This document shows positions 23,057 through 32,000 of a DNA stretch of 32,000 nt, piece by piece. How positions within the stretch are numbered: position 1 is the stretch's first letter; every line of letters starts with the position of its first letter. The notes beneath the pieces were generated by a model. The model ran no database searches. It saw only the letters and a program-made list of their open reading frames with translations, and was not told where the DNA came from. Both the position numbers and the translations under genes were made by a program. Origin of the DNA: Breznakia sp. PF5-3 (GTDB lineage Bacteria; Bacillota_I; Bacilli_A; Erysipelotrichales; Erysipelotrichaceae); NCBI RefSeq assembly GCF_029504745.1, contig NZ_JAQFIQ010000007.1:36047-68046 (forward strand). Direction: 5' to 3'.

Positions 23057-24226
23057 ATGATAAAAAAGAAGGGCGCAAAAATTAGTTTTTTAATCATGTT
23101 AATAATTGCTTTGTCATTTATTACTTCTTTTTCTGTAAATGCAGACTCGTTTTTTGATTTACATATTTCTATCAAAGCTGAATATCAAGGGGAAGCAATT
23201 CAAAGTCATACCAAGATTCCTTATGGAAGTAATGTTCGAGTGCATATAGATATTTCAAACCAACAGGGGAATCTTACATCTAAAGTTAAATTAATACCGA
23301 AAGAAAGTATGGAATTTCTTTCGTATCAAAACAGTGAAGCCCAAATCAATGGTGTTTTGCTTAGTGCTAATGAATATCAACAATTACTTAATGATGGATA
23401 TTCATTAGCACTGGGAAGTACACCAACAACGATTGCATTGAATGTAAAGTCGACAGGTTCTACAAGAAGTAAAATGTCAGCCGATATCAAAGTTTCTTCG
23501 ACATCTATAAGCAATCGAAACTCTTATGAAATTTTTGAAATGCCAATACATGGAGATTTTAAGAGTAAAGAAACAGGTCCTCAGAATGCTTATCGAATCG
23601 CTTTATATGACGATGCGTTAAGTTTGATTGATGCTTTTGAAGTAACTCATAATGAGGTGTTTACATTACCAACGTTTACTCGTTATGGTTCTACGTTTGT
23701 AGGGTTTAATACAAAGCCAGATGGAACAGGTAAATATTTTATTCGTGGAACCGTTAATAAGGCTACTAATTTTTATGCTGTTTACAGCACAAACAAATAC
23801 AAAGTCACCTATTACATAAATGGAAGTGTATATATGGTAGATTATGTTAATCATGGTGAAGATGCACAAAATATTATTCCTTCCACTAAGGAGAGTGAAG
23901 GGAATAACTTTTTGCGTTGGGAAGGAAATCTAAATGCTGTTGATAGTGATCGTGATGTGTTTGCAGTGTTTGAGAAAAAAGCAACCTTTCGCACTGGGAT
24001 CGATTACTATATGTATATGATGGAACGAGGTTCTGGACGTCATAATGCGGATGGTGGAGATAGTTATAAACCAGATATTAATCTGTTTTTTGATGCCCTT
24101 ATAGGGAAAATGCAAACATCCAATGAGTTTGTGAAGATTCTTTTCAGTACGATTCCTCTAATGTTGATTTTAGGGGGATGGTCTATGTACTTTTATAAAA
24201 AACGTTATGGAAGGAAAATATCATGA
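23057..24226 (+). CDS. surface protein with Listeria-Bacteroides (Flg_new-type) repeats and a C-terminal TM anchor
   Basis: Signal peptide. FTLPTFTRYGSTFVGFNTKPDGTGKYF...NFYAVY and YKVTYYINGS...NNFLRWEG...DVFAVFE fit the repeat consensus (P.r.GytF.GW...dG......lyA.w). C-terminal IPLMLILGGWSMYFY plus KKRYGRK. It starts 12 nt after the sigma gene stop. Confidence 0.75.
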   Translation: MIKKKGAKISFLIMLIIALSFITSFSVNADSFFDLHISIKAEYQGEAIQSHTKIPYGSNVRVHIDISNQQGNLTSKVKLIPKESMEFLSYQNSEAQINGVLLSANEYQQLLNDGYSLALGSTPTTIALNVKSTGSTRSKMSADIKVSSTSISNRNSYEIFEMPIHGDFKSKETGPQNAYRIALYDDALSLIDAFEVTHNEVFTLPTFTRYGSTFVGFNTKPDGTGKYFIRGTVNKATNFYAVYSTNKYKVTYYINGSVYMVDYVNHGEDAQNIIPSTKESEGNNFLRWEGNLNAVDSDRDVFAVFEKKATFRTGIDYYMYMMERGSGRHNADGGDSYKPDINLFFDALIGKMQTSNEFVKILFSTIPLMLILGGWSMYFYKKRYGRKIS

Positions 24227-26847
24227 AAAAATTAGAGGGAAAATGGATTAAAGTAGCGACTATAATTTCAATATGTATGATTGCTATTTTAGTAAAGAGT
24301 ACCTATATGGTATTCAGTGAAAACACAAAATATCTTGATTATGAAGTTATGCGTGATCAAGTAAATCCAATTGCTTATATTGTGTTTGATGTTCATAACG
24401 CTGCAAATGAAATTGAATCGATAAAGGACCCAGAAGGAAATTTATTGGATTTACAAACAGCGCGTTACACAGTTGAGGAAAGTGGTGAATATGTCTTTAC
24501 GATTCGTTATATAGAGGCTAATGAGACAAAGGAAGTCACACAGGCAATTGCAGTGGATATTGTAAAACGTCCACAAGCGCGTGCGCTAGGAAGACAACTT
24601 GTACCAGATGAAAATTTTTATAATTATTTGATTAGCGAAAAAGGATTACCGACAGATTTTACACAAGCAGATCTTGCAAGTGTTGATTATATCGATTATA
24701 TGACATCTGATCCATCCTTACGGATTAATAGCATTCAAGGAATTGAATACATGAGTAATCTTACACATGTTTATTTGAATGACCAAAATCTATCGTCTTT
24801 ACAACCAATGAAAGATACCATTTATCCAAAACTAACAATGTTAGAGTTTAACAATTGGAATACAGGGACAAACGCCATTCATGATTTATCCTTGCTTACC
24901 AAAAGTAGATTTCCACAATTAAAAGGTCAAATTATGTTTAATAATAATGGCATTACAGATGAGCATTTAACAACCTTACCAACAAGTGATGGTATTGAAA
25001 AAGCCCAATTTCATTTTCAAAATAATAATATTTCTAGTTTAGAAATATTTCGTCATTATTCAGACTTAAAAGAGTTGCATGTACAACACAATCAGATTGC
25101 TGATTTAACACCATTATCAACTTTGAGAAATGTGGAAATTCTTCAACTTTCAAATAATCTAATTGTAGATGTTTCCCCTTTGACAACGATTCAAAGTATT
25201 TCGAATGCTTCTTTATATTTAAATAATAATCAGATTGTTGATTTATCACCATTACAATCCTTTACAGGATCTATTTATGCCCAGACATATCATCCATCTA
25301 TTGATCCTTATCATGATCCAGATCAAAATTATGGACAGCAGATTTATTTGAATGAACCAATTTATGGTGACAAGAAGACGAAAACAATTAAAGTGTATGC
25401 AACAGGTAAAAATCGTGATGGAAATGCGATTCCCTTTGAGTGTGAAGGAAATCTAGTTGAAGAGGCAGAGATAACACTTCTTGATTTAGATGATACCTAT
25501 ACATATACATCGTCTTTGATTGAATATGATACAAGGTATCAAAGTGTGACTACGCAACCTATCATATGGTGGGATAATCCAATCATTACAATGGATGCTT
25601 TAGAAATTTTCACTGATACAAATTATGATTTGTTAACGGGTGTAGAAGCGATAGATACCTTAGGTAATAGTTTAACCACAAAAGTATCTATTCACGATAG
25701 GGGGAGCTTTAAAAGCGATGTACCAGGAACTTATGAAGTTCAATATAAAGTGGTAGATGAAAGAAACTATGAAACGATTCAGACACGTATTATCAAAGTA
25801 CATGGTCAACCAATTCTTAAAATGGAAAACCAACGTTTTAATGTTGATGATTTCTCTAATATAAATATAAATCAACATGTAAATGCATATTGGATGCAAG
25901 CACAGGATAGTCCTAATCAAAGTGCTCAAAAAGTAGCAATTGAAGATAAAGACTTAAGCTATGATATTATTTTAGGACCAGATAAGCAATTTCAAAAAGT
26001 AGGGATTTATAAAGTGAAGTTCACAGCAAAAGCTGGAACGGTATCAAAGAGTAAAGAAGTATCCATTTTATTGAGTGATGCATCTAGTGTTCAAGATATC
26101 TTGAGTAGTGTTCTTATTGCTGCTGATAGTATTCAAATAAATTATCAAGATATTAATGCTTTGAATCCTTCACAATTGCTACAAAGAAGTAATGCTAATG
26201 CTTTTAAGATAGATAAAAATACGAGTGATGAAATTTTAGGATTTCGTAACATCAAGCAATCTATAAAGGTTCATGAAAAACAATATGAGCAAATAAAAAA
26301 ATGTGGACCTGAAGGTGGGGTCTATCCACTAATTATCTATGTGAATGCAGATGGAATAGAGGTTAGTAAAGAAATAATGGTGGTGGTATATGGAACCAAT
26401 ACACCAAAAGTAGAAGATGAAAAGCTAGTTATCACGGCAAAAGATTTTTCACTAAGTGAAGCGGATGCGAAAACAATTACAGATGAGCAAGTAAATGAAC
26501 TAGCACAAGCAAAAGCTTTATTACTGACAAATGATGAATTCATCTATGATATTAGATGCAATGAAGAAGAATTAAAAGAAATAAGAAAAGGTAAGGGTGG
26601 CACTTATAATCTTACTTTTACAGCACAGCATTTTGAAGATGAAGAATATGTAAGTGCTACAACCAAAGTGAAAGTAAAAGTGAATGCAAACATTTATGGA
26701 AAATATCAACAAAAAAAGAATATATCTAGTACGCTTGCAAAAGCATCTGTAGCGGCAGGAGATACAACCGATATAAGCCTTTATATGCAGGTATTGGTTG
26801 TGTTTGGTATCTTTGTTTTGCGCAAGTTGAAGAAAAAAATATTTTAA
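24223..26847 (+). CDS. internalin-like leucine-rich-repeat surface protein with Ig-like (DUF5011-type) domain and sorting-signal-like tail
   Basis: ATGA overlap with the upstream stop. LRRs include LKELHVQHNQIADLTPLSTLRNVEILQLSNNLIVDVSPL. The Ig-like segment is DLLTGVEAIDTLGNSLTTKVSI...PGTYEVQYKVVDERN. There is one copy of the ~90-aa module (ITAKDFSLSEADAKTIT...GTYNLTFTA). The tail is AAGDTTD plus a hydrophobic stretch plus RKLKKKIF. Confidence 0.85.
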   Translation: MKKLEGKWIKVATIISICMIAILVKSTYMVFSENTKYLDYEVMRDQVNPIAYIVFDVHNAANEIESIKDPEGNLLDLQTARYTVEESGEYVFTIRYIEANETKEVTQAIAVDIVKRPQARALGRQLVPDENFYNYLISEKGLPTDFTQADLASVDYIDYMTSDPSLRINSIQGIEYMSNLTHVYLNDQNLSSLQPMKDTIYPKLTMLEFNNWNTGTNAIHDLSLLTKSRFPQLKGQIMFNNNGITDEHLTTLPTSDGIEKAQFHFQNNNISSLEIFRHYSDLKELHVQHNQIADLTPLSTLRNVEILQLSNNLIVDVSPLTTIQSISNASLYLNNNQIVDLSPLQSFTGSIYAQTYHPSIDPYHDPDQNYGQQIYLNEPIYGDKKTKTIKVYATGKNRDGNAIPFECEGNLVEEAEITLLDLDDTYTYTSSLIEYDTRYQSVTTQPIIWWDNPIITMDALEIFTDTNYDLLTGVEAIDTLGNSLTTKVSIHDRGSFKSDVPGTYEVQYKVVDERNYETIQTRIIKVHGQPILKMENQRFNVDDFSNININQHVNAYWMQAQDSPNQSAQKVAIEDKDLSYDIILGPDKQFQKVGIYKVKFTAKAGTVSKSKEVSILLSDASSVQDILSSVLIAADSIQINYQDINALNPSQLLQRSNANAFKIDKNTSDEILGFRNIKQSIKVHEKQYEQIKKCGPEGGVYPLIIYVNADGIEVSKEIMVVVYGTNTPKVEDEKLVITAKDFSLSEADAKTITDEQVNELAQAKALLLTNDEFIYDIRCNEEELKEIRKGKGGTYNLTFTAQHFEDEEYVSATTKVKVKVNANIYGKYQQKKNISSTLAKASVAAGDTTDISLYMQVLVVFGIFVLRKLKKKIF

Positions 26848-26871
26848 AAATAATATTTTTTTCGAAATTTC

Positions 26872-26902
26872 ATGAACCAAATTTTTAATGACATCAACTA
26901 AT
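26872..26902 (+). promoter_or_regulatory. ECF-type promoter candidate B2 (ATGAACC-N16-CAACTAAT) in front of the giant adhesin gene
   Basis: ATGAACC 26872-26878, 16-nt spacer, CAACTAAT 26895-26902. It lies about 55 nt before ATG 26956. Confidence 0.5.
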
Positions 26903-26955
26903 AAGGTGACGAAGTGATGCTTTGACTTTATCACTGGTTGACGGAGGGTGAAAAA

Positions 26956-29900
26956 ATGTCTAAAAACAGTCAAAAATTTAAGTCTAGAATAGAAATGAAA
27001 ATATTTAAAGTATTTTTATCTTTTGTTCTATTTTTCACTTCAATAGGGATCTCATCGCTAGTAGCAGATGTTTTGCTAGTTAGTAATGCAGACGATGTTG
27101 AAGAGGTTGAAAAAGTAGAGGAGGAGGAACAGGTAGAAGAACCATCTGAAGAAGAAGAAACTTCTGAAGAAACACCTCCTGAAGAGGAAGCTGAAGAAGA
27201 GGAAGAAGATCTTCCTGAAAAACAGACATATGATCGTCAGACTCGAGCGGGTCCAGTTGCGATTGTAGGTAGTTGGGCAGAGTTAGTTGCTGCTTTAAAT
27301 GATACAGATGTGTCTGAAATTACCTTTAGCTCAAGTATTAGTAGAGGTACTAGTACAACAAGATTACCAGCAATCTCAAGAGATTTGGTGATTAATGGTA
27401 ATAACAAGACATTGGATTTTGGTACTTCAACAACCGTTGAAGCAAATTACCGTGGTTTCGAGTTAGGAAATGTAACAACAGATCATAAATTGGAAATCAA
27501 AAATCTTAATGTAAATAAGATTGGTAGATCTTATTCAGCAGTTACAAGATATGAAGCATTTGTAAATACTGGTCTTAGTGGTAATTCAAATACTGCAGGT
27601 GATGGTAGTAGTGCAGCCAAGAACAGTATTCACTGGACAGTGCATTTTGATAATGTAAACAACAATGCTGTTGCAGCGCAAAACACTGCATCATCACTTG
27701 CTTCCGTAGAAAATGGAACGATTGTATTATCAGGTAATGTTAACTGGGCTACCAACTATAAAGGTAGATGGGAACAAGACCATGCACGTCGTGCAGGGAT
27801 GGTTATACGTTCTAAAGATGTTCATGTAACAGCATCTCCGAGTGGGACAGCTACAAATGTTAAATTGTATGCAAATAACACATATGGTGCTGCATCAAGT
27901 TATGGATATAATCCAGCACTTGTATTAGTACCAAGTAATGTTTTTGCTAACAGTAGCAGTGGTGGATATACAGCAAGCCTTGTTGTAGATAGTGGATCAA
28001 ACCTATATGCAGAATCACAAGGTAGTTATACACCAGCGGTTGTAATGAATATTATTGAAAAACAATTACAAGCAAATGAAACTTCAACAAATGGTGCTAA
28101 AGTACAAATTACAGGTGGAAGTACAGCAAGTCTTGTAGCCAACCGTAATGGGTATGAAGGTGCTTATGGAGGTACTTTGAGTGTTGCAGGTAGAAATGCA
28201 TCAGCAGGGGACCAATCTAATGGTGAATGGGATACACGTGAAGCTACGATTTCAGTAGATGGTGGATCAACATTAAACCTTGAAGGTAAAAAGACAACGG
28301 CACTTACAGTACAGGTTACTGGAGGTAAAGTAAGAGTTGCTGGGCAAGGATCTAAGTTAAATGTAGATTCTGCTACCGATGTAGAAAACATTGGTACTGG
28401 TGGTGACTTTAATTCAAGTTATGCCAATTCTGATGGTATTTATGCTGCCATTCGTTTCCGTTGGGTAGGAAATCAAATTCTACATGCTACTGATGGTGGT
28501 GTAATTAATGTAAGAAAACATACTGGTAATGCGATGCTAATTCGTTTTGGTAAGGGTGAAAATAACTCTTTCTATGCAACGAATGGTGGACGCGTATATA
28601 TGTGGAACGCTGGGGATGGAACACCACGTGATGCAGCAACAAGTAGAGATTCATACAATGCACCACTACAAGGATATAACAAAGGTGTTGAATATGATGC
28701 AAGTGGTTTCACATTCCAAGTTGAAGGTGAAAAGAGTTCAGTAGAAATCTATGCGGATAATGGGGCAGCGATTGATGCAACAGGACACGCAAACGGAACT
28801 ATTAATATTGGTAAAGGTTCAATTTTTGTTGCCAAAGGACAAACGGGAACAAATAAAGCTGCAATTTTTAAAGCAGGTGCTAATACTACATTTAATATGG
28901 ATGAACCAATTTATTATGATTTTGCTAATACACGTGATCAAAACAACGAAGGTGGAGCAATTTTAGATCTAGGTTCAGGAAGTACATTTGATGCTTCAAA
29001 AGTAGATATGGCAGTTTGGAAAAAAGGAACTCGTCATAATGGAAATGCTACGAATAACTGGCCTTTCTTAAGTTTCTCACTAAGTGGTACAAACTTGATG
29101 AATGTAAATTCAACACGTAGTGATTTCTTAGATAAATATCTAGGTATTTCATCGTATTCACGTATGAATGGTAATAATGCACAAGTTATTATTACAAACC
29201 TAGCAAACTATACACCAGAAAATGCTGATAAATATGTATTCTTTAGTGCAACTGTTCCTGAGGGAATGGACCAAACAGGTCGTGCAGCTATGGATGATGA
29301 AGTATATGTAGAAGTATTAGAAACAAAAGCAGATGGTACAACTCGTACATTACAAGGAGTAAGTGCTACTGATACACGTTATGATGGTGTTAATAAACAA
29401 GGATTGATTAAAGTTGATTTAAAAGGTGAATTTGCACTTCCTGGTACAAAATATGAAGTTATTTCAGCGTATCGTGGAAATCCAAATGAACCAGAACAAC
29501 AAAGACATTCAGAAGCACAATATTTACAAGCAAACCCAATTACAGTAGTTGATACTACACCTCCACTACCTGTAAAATTAGATGGTCTTGTGTATGCAAA
29601 TACAAAAACCGTTACGGGAACTTGGGATATTGATGCAATTCACAACAATGATAAACCAGTGAAATTAACAGTGACATTAAATGGAACACAATTAGCTGGA
29701 GAAGGAACACTTTCAGGTGAAGGTACATCTGGAAATGCAGGAAAATGGAGTTATACATTCCCAAATGGTACAACATTAAAAGAAGGCGATGTATTACAAT
29801 TTTTTGTAGAAGATGCAAAAGGAAACAAAAATCCTGCAGCAACGAAAACATATCATGATACAACACTAAATGAAGGAACGAAAGTAACTGTTACAAAAGT

Positions 29901-32000
29901 TCGTTATGAAGTAATTGCAAGTGATGTTATCGTAGGTAAAGAAGATGCAAAGCTTATCCTTACAGATGCAGATTTGAAGAGTAAAGCAAAAGCTAGCGGA
30001 CGTGATGTTATTGATAGTAAAGCTGCAGATATTATCGTTTTAGAATCAAATTACAAACCTGAACCAGGTACATATAAAGTTACCTTTGCAATTGAAGCAG
30101 AACAAGATGTACAAAAAACAGTAACGTTCAAAGTATTACCATTTGATGAAGTTATTGTATCTGACAACTATGTTTTAGCTGCAAACAATGTATCTACCTA
30201 TACAGGTGAAGCAAAGAAGATTGCAGATAGTACAAGCTATGCAGAATCAAAATTAAAAGAATTATCAGGTGCGAAAGCATGGGCAAAATCAACTGTATTA
30301 TCAGATTCTTTTGATCCAGCAACAACACCAAGTGTTGGTGTATCATTGAGCTCACATACAGTAGTAGGGTCAATCGGACTTTGGGATGCAACGTTTGCAG
30401 TAACAAATGAAACATCAACAAAATTACCAATTGATGTTAGAGTTATCAATGGTAGTGAACCAAAATTAACAGTTGAACCAACTTACATGAATATTCCAGT
30501 AGGTGGAACATATGATTATACATATGGAGTAAGTGCAATTGATGATGAAGATGGTGATCTTACAAGTAAAGTAACATCTACAGGAACTGTAAATGTAAAT
30601 GCAGAAGGTGTATATATTATTGTGTACACAGTTACGGATAAAGATCACAATTCAGTAAGTAAGACAAGAGTTGTAACAGTTGGTGATTATATACCAGGAG
30701 AAAAATATTTCTTTAAGGTTAACAACTTTGTAATCTTGAAAAAAGATGTTAAGGGAACAGATGCAGAAATCCTAGAAAAAACAGGAGCGCAAGCTTGGGT
30801 TATGGAAACAGGACTTCCAGTTCCAACATCTGATTTAGAAGTAAGAAACAACGGTGGTTATAAAGCTGAAGTTGGAGATTACAAAACAACAATTTCAGTG
30901 AAAGGTGCAACTTCTGCAAAAGATAAAGTTGAACCAACTGCAAAAGTAGTAGATGGAAACGTAATCGACGAGGGAGATAAATATACACTTGTTGCTAGCA
31001 ACATCGTAATGACAGTAGATGAAGCTAAAACGATGACAAGTAATGCGAAATTAATTGATAAAGCAGCAGCGAAAGCATTTAAGAAAAAAGATTTAAGTGC
31101 AGGAACTGTAAAAGTAGATGCCAGTGGAACTAACTTCAAAGCTGAAGAAGGTGACTACAAAGCAACATTCTATGTAGGTGAAGAAGAAGCGACAAGAGTA
31201 GAAATTAAAATCAAAGTAATTGATGGAGATATCATTGATCATGGAGATGAATATACAATTGTAGCGAAACATGTACAACTTACAAGAAGTCAAGCAGAAG
31301 CATTAACTGATAATGACTTAATTAGTAGAGCAAAAGCAAAAGCATTCAAACGTGATGATATGAGTGTAGCAACAGTAGCGGTTACACATGATGTAGGATC
31401 AACTGTAGGAACATACTCTGCAACATATCATGTAGTAGAAGAACCAACTACAAAAGTAGATGCAGATGTTAAGGTTATCAATGGTAGTGAACCAAGATTA
31501 ACAGTTGAACCAGCTTACATGAATATTCCAGTAGGTGGAACATATGATTATACATATGGAGTAAGTGCAATCGATGATGAAGATGGTGATCTTACAAGTA
31601 TTGTAAAACCAACAGGAACTGTAAATGTAAATGAAGAGGGAGTATACCCAATCGTTTATACCGTTACAGATAATGATCACAATACCGTAAGCAAAACAAG
31701 AGTTGTAACGGTAGGAGATATTATTCCAGGTGAAGACTACTTATTCAAAGCAAGTAACTATGTAATCTTGAAGAAAGATGTTAAGGGAACAGATGCAGAA
31801 ATCCTAGAAAAAACGGGAGCGCAAGCTTGGGTTAAAGAAACAGGACTTCCAGTTCCAACATCTGATTTAGAAGTAAAAGACAATGGTGGTTATAAAGCTC
31901 AAGTTGGAGATTACAAAACAATTATTTCGGTAAAAGGTGCAACATCGACAAAAGATAAAGTTGAACCAACTGCGAAAGTAGTAGATGGAAATGTAATCGA
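26956..32000 (+). CDS. giant adhesin, 5' part (>1680 codons, open to the window edge): signal peptide, Glu-rich spacer, pectate-lyase-like/beta-helix adhesive region, Ig-like domains, ~344-aa super-repeats
   Basis: This ORF is not in the ORF track because it has no stop in the window. I translated it by hand from ATG 26956 (RBS ggaggg 26943-26948) and met no stop. MSKNSQKFKSRIEMKIFKVFLSFVLFFTSIGISS. EEVEKVEEEEQVEEPSEEEETSEE. VAIVGSWAELVAALNDTDVSEITFSSSI...RDLVINGNNKTLDFG resembles pectate-lyase-like adhesive domains of Gram-positive adhesins. PKLTVEPTYMNIPVGGTYDYTYGVSAIDDEDGDLTSKV...VYTVTDKDHNSVSKTRVVTV is DUF5011/Ig-like. Confidence 0.85.
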   Translation, partial: MSKNSQKFKSRIEMKIFKVFLSFVLFFTSIGISSLVADVLLVSNADDVEEVEKVEEEEQVEEPSEEEETSEETPPEEEAEEEEEDLPEKQTYDRQTRAGPVAIVGSWAELVAALNDTDVSEITFSSSISRGTSTTRLPAISRDLVINGNNKTLDFGTSTTVEANYRGFELGNVTTDHKLEIKNLNVNKIGRSYSAVTRYEAFVNTGLSGNSNTAGDGSSAAKNSIHWTVHFDNVNNNAVAAQNTASSLASVENGTIVLSGNVNWATNYKGRWEQDHARRAGMVIRSKDVHVTASPSGTATNVKLYANNTYGAASSYGYNPALVLVPSNVFANSSSGGYTASLVVDSGSNLYAESQGSYTPAVVMNIIEKQLQANETSTNGAKVQITGGSTASLVANRNGYEGAYGGTLSVAGRNASAGDQSNGEWDTREATISVDGGSTLNLEGKKTTALTVQVTGGKVRVAGQGSKLNVDSATDVENIGTGGDFNSSYANSDGIYAAIRFRWVGNQILHATDGGVINVRKHTGNAMLIRFGKGENNSFYATNGGRVYMWNAGDGTPRDAATSRDSYNAPLQGYNKGVEYDASGFTFQVEGEKSSVEIYADNGAAIDATGHANGTINIGKGSIFVAKGQTGTNKAAIFKAGANTTFNMDEPIYYDFANTRDQNNEGGAILDLGSGSTFDASKVDMAVWKKGTRHNGNATNNWPFLSFSLSGTNLMNVNSTRSDFLDKYLGISSYSRMNGNNAQVIITNLANYTPENADKYVFFSATVPEGMDQTGRAAMDDEVYVEVLETKADGTTRTLQGVSATDTRYDGVNKQGLIKVDLKGEFALPGTKYEVISAYRGNPNEPEQQRHSEAQYLQANPITVVDTTPPLPVKLDGLVYANTKTVTGTWDIDAIHNNDKPVKLTVTLNGTQLAGEGTLSGEGTSGNAGKWSYTFPNGTTLKEGDVLQFFVEDAKGNKNPAATKTYHDTTLNEGTKVTVTKVRYEVIASDVIVGKEDAKLILTDADLKSKAKASGRDVIDSKAADIIVLESNYKPEPGTYKVTFAIEAEQDVQKTVTFKVLPFDEVIVSDNYVLAANNVSTYTGEAKKIADSTSYAESKLKELSGAKAWAKSTVLSDSFDPATTPSVGVSLSSHTVVGSIGLWDATFAVTNETSTKLPIDVRVINGSEPKLTVEPTYMNIPVGGTYDYTYGVSAIDDEDGDLTSKVTSTGTVNVNAEGVYIIVYTVTDKDHNSVSKTRVVTVGDYIPGEKYFFKVNNFVILKKDVKGTDAEILEKTGAQAWVMETGLPVPTSDLEVRNNGGYKAEVGDYKTTISVKGATSAKDKVEPTAKVVDGNVIDEGDKYTLVASNIVMTVDEAKTMTSNAKLIDKAAAKAFKKKDLSAGTVKVDASGTNFKAEEGDYKATFYVGEEEATRVEIKIKVIDGDIIDHGDEYTIVAKHVQLTRSQAEALTDNDLISRAKAKAFKRDDMSVATVAVTHDVGSTVGTYSATYHVVEEPTTKVDADVKVINGSEPRLTVEPAYMNIPVGGTYDYTYGVSAIDDEDGDLTSIVKPTGTVNVNEEGVYPIVYTVTDNDHNTVSKTRVVTVGDIIPGEDYLFKASNYVILKKDVKGTDAEILEKTGAQAWVKETGLPVPTSDLEVKDNGGYKAQVGDYKTIISVKGATSTKDKVEPTAKVVDGNVI
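30434..32000 (+). repeat. near-identical 1032-bp (344-codon) in-frame tandem repeat, at least 1.5 copies before the window ends
   Basis: gttatcaatggtagtgaacca occurs at 30442 and 31474. Long identical runs follow, for example cttacatgaatattccagtaggtggaacatatgattatacatatggagtaagtgcaat. The twin antisense track ORFs 30466..30648 and 31498..31680 are offset by exactly 1032. Confidence 0.85.

Noticed and set aside
28505-28966. Track ORFs 28547..28744, 28751..28966 (+) and 28505..28702 (-)
   Set aside because: They are off-frame or antisense ORFs inside the long open frame that starts at 26956. Their compositions are His/Gln/Met-rich and implausible.
30466-31680. Two near-identical 60-aa minus-strand ORFs (30466..30648 and 31498..31680)
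   Set aside because: They are antisense shadows of the 1032-bp coding tandem repeat. Their products are Cys/Ile/Tyr-rich and low-complexity, and they have no RBS.
8155-32000. The island as a recognisable mobile element (ICE, prophage or transposon)
   Set aside because: The window contains no integrase, recombinase, transposase, relaxase, phage structural gene, flanking tRNA or obvious direct-repeat att sites. The composition looks similar to the housekeeping block.

Overview
AT-rich, Bacillota-type window. Every gene I can support is on the + strand. I could run no searches, so all domain calls rest on remembered family consensus patterns plus internal comparison of paralogues.

**Left 8.2 kb: ordinary chromosomal genes.**
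- Fe-alcohol dehydrogenase 3' end
- YtqB/MnmM-type methyltransferase
- lipoprotein
- MATE exporter
- P-type ATPase
- YutG/PgpA-like protein
- CxxC lipoprotein
- AAC(3)-family acetyltransferase
- signal peptidase I

**From about 8.2 kb to the right edge: a roughly 24 kb surface-protein island with no integrase, transposase, tRNA or CRISPR.** It falls into two paralogous modules.

- **Module A (8.2-21.5 kb).**
  - It starts with an ECF-type sigma factor fused in one polypeptide to a TM helix and an extracellular domain.
  - Next is a roughly 1670-aa protein with an L-type-lectin-like domain, 13 repeats of about 90 aa, and a dockerin-like C-terminus.
  - Three proteins follow that share a cohesin-like domain. 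One has a sorting-signal-like tail, one has 8 repeats plus its own dockerin-like tail, and one is TM-anchored.
- **Module B (21.7 kb to the edge).**
  - It starts with a second sigma-TM-ectodomain fusion.
  - It also encodes a Listeria-Bacteroides-repeat protein and an internalin-like LRR protein.
  - It ends with a >1680-aa adhesin ORF that is absent from the ORF track because it runs off the window. That ORF contains near-identical 1032-bp tandem repeats.

**Candidate promoters.** Each module has its own bipartite ECF-like motif.
- Module A: GGAACCTTTT-N-CGTC, three copies.
- Module B: ATGAACC-N16-CAACTAAT, two copies.
- In each module one copy sits in front of the sigma gene itself.

**Main hypothesis.** This is a non-cellulosomal cohesin-dockerin adhesin-display system controlled by membrane-tethered, autoregulated sigma factors.
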